Made by a program: the position numbers and the translations under genes. A DNA stretch of 64,000 bases. Source: Massalongia carnosa. Taxonomy: Eukaryota. Positions 60,101 to 64,000 of this stretch are shown one piece after another. The stretch's first letter is position 1. Every line of letters begins with the position of its first letter. The stretch lies in NCBI GenBank assembly GCA_965645245.1, contig OZ287081.1, positions 1,860,001 through 1,924,000 of the forward strand, written 5' to 3'. The notes beneath the pieces were generated by a model that was not told the origin of the DNA, did no database searches, and worked only from the letters and a program-made list of their open reading frames with translations.

Positions 60101-61732
60101 AGATATCACTATTAAGATCGAAATTTCGATGGAAGAACCGAAGCAATCAAATCCCCCTGACATATTACTAGATGCAACTGAATCATCTACTATTATTACT
60201 ACACCTACCGGCCGAAGGACTAGAACTCATCAATTATTAGAACGTCAACGAGATCAAGGTGAGATCCTTATTAATGCAGGTGATTTTGATAGACAATTGG
60301 TGAATCGATGGGTTTGTCACGATGCTCGATGTACGAATCAAAATAACTTCTGTTTCGTTGATGAAGATGGGCTTCATTATGATCTTTCTCATACATTGCA
60401 AAGAGATTGGGCTAAAGCTCTCGCTCGCGGCGACATCAGTGCTTCCCTAGATAATCCACCACCAACATTGTATAGGTTCATACTACGACAGGGGCCGGTG
60501 GGTCTCAACTCTAGGATGACGAGAATACAGGAAGGACGGGAGGATTCCAGAAAAGATCGCGATGAGACGAAAAGCTTCATGGGTGAAATGATGCAATTCA
60601 CAAAGCAATCGATGGAAATGCGTATGCAGGAATCGATGATGGACCAAATGGAAAGAATGGGTGAAAGAATGAGTAATGTTCGTCGCCCCCCTCCCCCTCC
60701 TGTTTATTCTCAACCATCATCTTCTTCGGTCCCCGAACCCATCATCCCCCCACCCCCTGCGGCACCAAGGCCTCGCTCGAAACCGTTGACTAGGTCAAGC
60801 CCCATATGCAACCCCGAGGATGAGGAGTTTGCTATGGAGGATTTCCTCAATTGGAAAGGGGAGGCATTGCAGAGTCAAAGAGCCAAGGGGGGCCTGCATA
60901 AGGGGTGCAATATGGAAGTAATTCGTCGGTTATCCATTGAAAGAAACCATCTGCATTAAACCACCCTCCCGAATGCTCGTACATGGCAGATAGCCATCAA
61001 CAGTATATGCAGGAAGAAGGTCCAATTATGACCCCTCCTAATGTCCCCCTGGTATCGAGCCGGTTGGCCAATTGGTGCGTATGCTCTCATCCTCCAACCG
61101 GTCATCTCATTGAATGCTGTTTCATCAACGAAAACCAACAGCTCTGCAGTCACATTAAGCATGCTAGCATGCCAATTTTCCCTCAATTCGTCGTTCCTAC
61201 GCCCATATCTTTGACTTTTCTTTTGACTCCATCGCCGTTTCTTTATTTCCCTAGAAACGGTTGATTGATGCACGAATATACCCCACTCCTCCCAAAGAAA
61301 CCAGACCATCTCCTTTTGTTGGGCCCATTGCTGACGATTTAGATATTCCATCAAGGAGTCGCCGGCGGCTTTAGTAATTTTGCACGCGCGACCTAGATGA
61401 CGTCTTCGAGGAGCGGATATGCTACCATACATGAATAAAGTCTCTTGGAAATTATAGATAGTTCGGATACTGCAATGAACCTCTTTGGCTATGGCATCCG
61501 GTCGCCAATGAAGAAATAAATATCGAATGATTCGCCATCGCATGGATGGAGGAAGGGATTCGACCATATTGACGATTAATATATATATGTGTCTACCAAA
61601 TTATAAAAATATGTTAGGATTTTGGTGTAGGGAATATCTAGGAAAATTAAGATTTTGGAGTTTAAATGGTGGGGTCATGTTGGTGGTATGTGTTTTCATA
61701 AGCGAAATTGCAAATCATTTTGCATACGCTAA
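57121..61732. mobile_element. Two-gene Tc1/IS630-like transposon, copy 2 (inverted, internally deleted, pogo insertion in its TIR)
   Basis: Complete bipartite TIRs ttagcgtatg... and ...catacgctaa flanked by TA; ORF2 59213-~60887 (+); transposase 61567-~60888 (-); ~1-kb central deletion relative to copy 1. Confidence 0.9.
57226..59157 (+). mobile_element. pogo/Fot1-family DNA transposon with a frameshifted DD35D transposase (57356-59027)
   Basis: ~105-bp TIRs atcgtgccaaaacac...; TA TSD (57224-57225, 59158-59159); WNMDEMGF, LIMDGYGSH, QPLDVGCFQPFK. Confidence 0.93.
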
Positions 61733-61791
61733 TATCGCGGTCGCTAGTCATCTCTAAGACTTCGACTGCTCAGCGTCACTCTTCCCCGATC

Positions 61792-62098
61792 ATGCCTTCT
61801 ACGGAGCCATTGAAAAATCCAGGTGGTAGGCCTCGAAAGTACTCTACTGCTGATGAAGCTGCAGCGGCCAATAGACGGCAGAATCGAGGCTATTACCACA
61901 ATCCATCGCGCCCAGTTGGTCTTGCAGGTCCCGTCGACTTTGTTGCCTACGAGCATCTACCTACATCCGATATTCCTAGCTACACCCTGCCTGCCATTGG
62001 TCTGCGAACCAGCCCAGACATACCAATCCCCCCGGATCGCGATATAGTGGAAGACTGTGAGGAAGAGCTTGAACCCGAAGCATACCTAACCCAGGACA
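61792..62098 (+). pseudogene. Unknown repeated ORF family X, copy 2 (5' part, cut by LINE 3)
   Basis: MPSTEPLKNPGGRPRKYSTADEAAAANRRQNRGYY..., similar to 50399-50700. Confidence 0.6.
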
Positions 62099-62099
62099 A

Positions 62100-64000
62100 C
62101 CTAGCACTAGAAATAGCATTCGTTACCAATACAAGCCCTCAATAGTCATTATGATCACGTAGAATTGCTCCCCGACTCTGTAGCTATCTTGGCCGAAAGT
62201 TATATCGTCCCTTCTGTTGTGGCTGCATTGTTGCAACCATGGGGAGCTCTTTTGTCATGCCCAACGACGCCCCCCCCGATTCACTAGACGAGCATCGTCA
62301 CTTCCTCACCAATGTGCTTAATAACATAATTAACTGCGAGGCATATCAGAAGCAAAGACCTATGAAGGTTCAGTCTTACACCCTGTTACTCTCCAGTATG
62401 CTCAGCCTACTGGAGAAGATGCGCAACCAGCCCACGATGGATCAGCTCCAAGCTACCATCAACCAAATAAAGAACACTACAGAGCAAACGCTCACTAAAG
62501 TCACCTATGTCGAGCGAAAGCAAGACACGGCCCGCACAACACCCACTACCTCCTCCGCGGCCACTACTGGCTACAAGAGGACGATGACCTGGGCAGAACG
62601 GGCAGCCTTTGCTGCCTCGGCCCCAACGATCTCTACACTTTCGGGGACGTCCATCCCTGCTCCTATACTAGAAGAGAAAGCTCGTGAAATCGTCGTGAAA
62701 CTGAACAACGAAGCCATAGCAAAGGATCTGGCCAAACTGGCCTCCTCAGCGCTCAAAGAAAGAATCAACGCCGCAATATCTAACGCGTTAAAGAATCATA
62801 ACAACACGAGAATTCCGACCAATCAAAACGCTCCCGCCCCCCCTATTTCCAATGGCACAGCCACGGCAGCAGCTGTAGCAATAGCAGCAAGGGTCCTACC
62901 TAGCGGAGACCTACAGGTAATAGTCAACAACGCCTCAGACACGGAACGCTTAAGAAAAGACACCCGATGGGCCATCAGCCTATCGAGCAAAAGCTACTAT
63001 AATACAGCCAAGCTTCGGCTTAATCGCGCACTTTGTACCGGCTAATCTAAGCATGACAGACATCAAGGAACACCTCTGGGAGGAAAATAAGTCACATATG
63101 CCCGTTAGGAATAGGGTAACAGAAGTAGAATGGTTGTCCCGCACGAGTAAGGTAGGAGCCACAGCTAGATCCATGGTGGTATACTTTGAGAACGAATTAG
63201 AGTGCAACACCATTTTGGCCTCGCAGCTATATTTGGATGGGAGATCTTTCGCGGTGGAAAGACATGTTCCGGAGGTCAGGCTTAGGCAATGTTTCCGGTG
63301 CGGTAAGTATGGTCACACGAGCCATGCTTGCCGACAGAAGCATCAAACATGCTTCAAATGTTCCGAAAGTCACCACATGACCGATTGCAAATCGGTCACT
63401 CTCAAATGCAATGCGTGTGGCAAGCGCAGAGTCTTGCCCGGAGCGAAAGAAGGAAAAGGCCCGAATGAAGCGGGCCAAAGAAGAAGCTCTCCCCTTCTGG
63501 CCTCTCAGGGCCTCCTCAAGGGAGACCCTAAATGGTCAGGAACAAGAACGGAGCAGTCCGCCGGCATCGACCACGCCGACGGTCACGACAAGCAGTGAGG
63601 TGACCCCAGCCTCAACCCAGGTGGAACAGGGCTCTCGAATGGGCTCTGTACGAGAGAAAGAATGGCAAACCGTGCCAACTCTCCGCAAGGGGAAGAAGCG
63701 GGCGCATGGGGAGGTAGAGCCCCTGGCAGATAACCCCAGCTCTACCAACAGGAGCATGGCACAAGCAGCTTTTAAGAAGGCAAAGAAGAAACCCTCCTCG
63801 AAGGCTGTGGAGGTCTTGAGCGATAAGGAGAACGACGATAGTTCTTCAATGACCACTAGATCGGCAACCCGTCGCTTGTAGCCCAGTACTCAGACAGAAG
63901 AGAAAGTATGAGTAAATACACCCACTATCTGTCCATACTTCAGTACAACTGCAACAAATCCAAGACCACTGTCATGGCGGACTTCCTTCGCAGGGAGGAA
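62100..64000 (+). mobile_element. Degenerate copy of LINE 1 (runs off window end)
   Basis: Aligns to 14773 onward; ORF1 frameshift near 62990, deletion near 63420, CAG>TAG at 63879; ORF2 start at ~63908. Confidence 0.93.

Overview
Eukaryotic (filamentous ascomycete-like) DNA, judged from spliceosomal introns with CTRAY branch sites, Tad1-type LINEs and a fungal NLR. The window is almost entirely a nest of transposable elements. Host genes are limited to a membrane-protein ORF running off the left edge (minus strand, absent from the ORF track), a 3-exon fasciclin gene, and relics of an NB-ARC/TPR NLR, a DHA2 MFS transporter and possibly a P450. TEs: five Ty1/Copia elements or fragments (all with the PBS GGTTATGAGCCC), a Gypsy LTR+gag fragment with a self-priming signature, three Tad1-like LINEs (one intact), a decayed Helitron, a pogo/Fot1 DD35D element and several solo LTRs. 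Two elements stand out. (1) A complete Ngaro-type tyrosine-recombinase retrotransposon (51151-56089, A1-ORFs-B1-A2-B2) plus a 'solo' A-B remnant at 1861-2403. Its gag and RT are in one frame separated only by CAA-TGA-CTA (a readthrough context), its recombinase ORF has no usable AUG (a candidate splice restores the frame), and it appears to have integrated without a TSD through a 16-bp palindrome. (2) A two-gene Tc1/IS630-like DD34E transposon, present twice, with ~140-bp bipartite TIRs and a convergent ~627-aa second ORF with a CCCH motif. All calls are from manual reading; no database searches were run.
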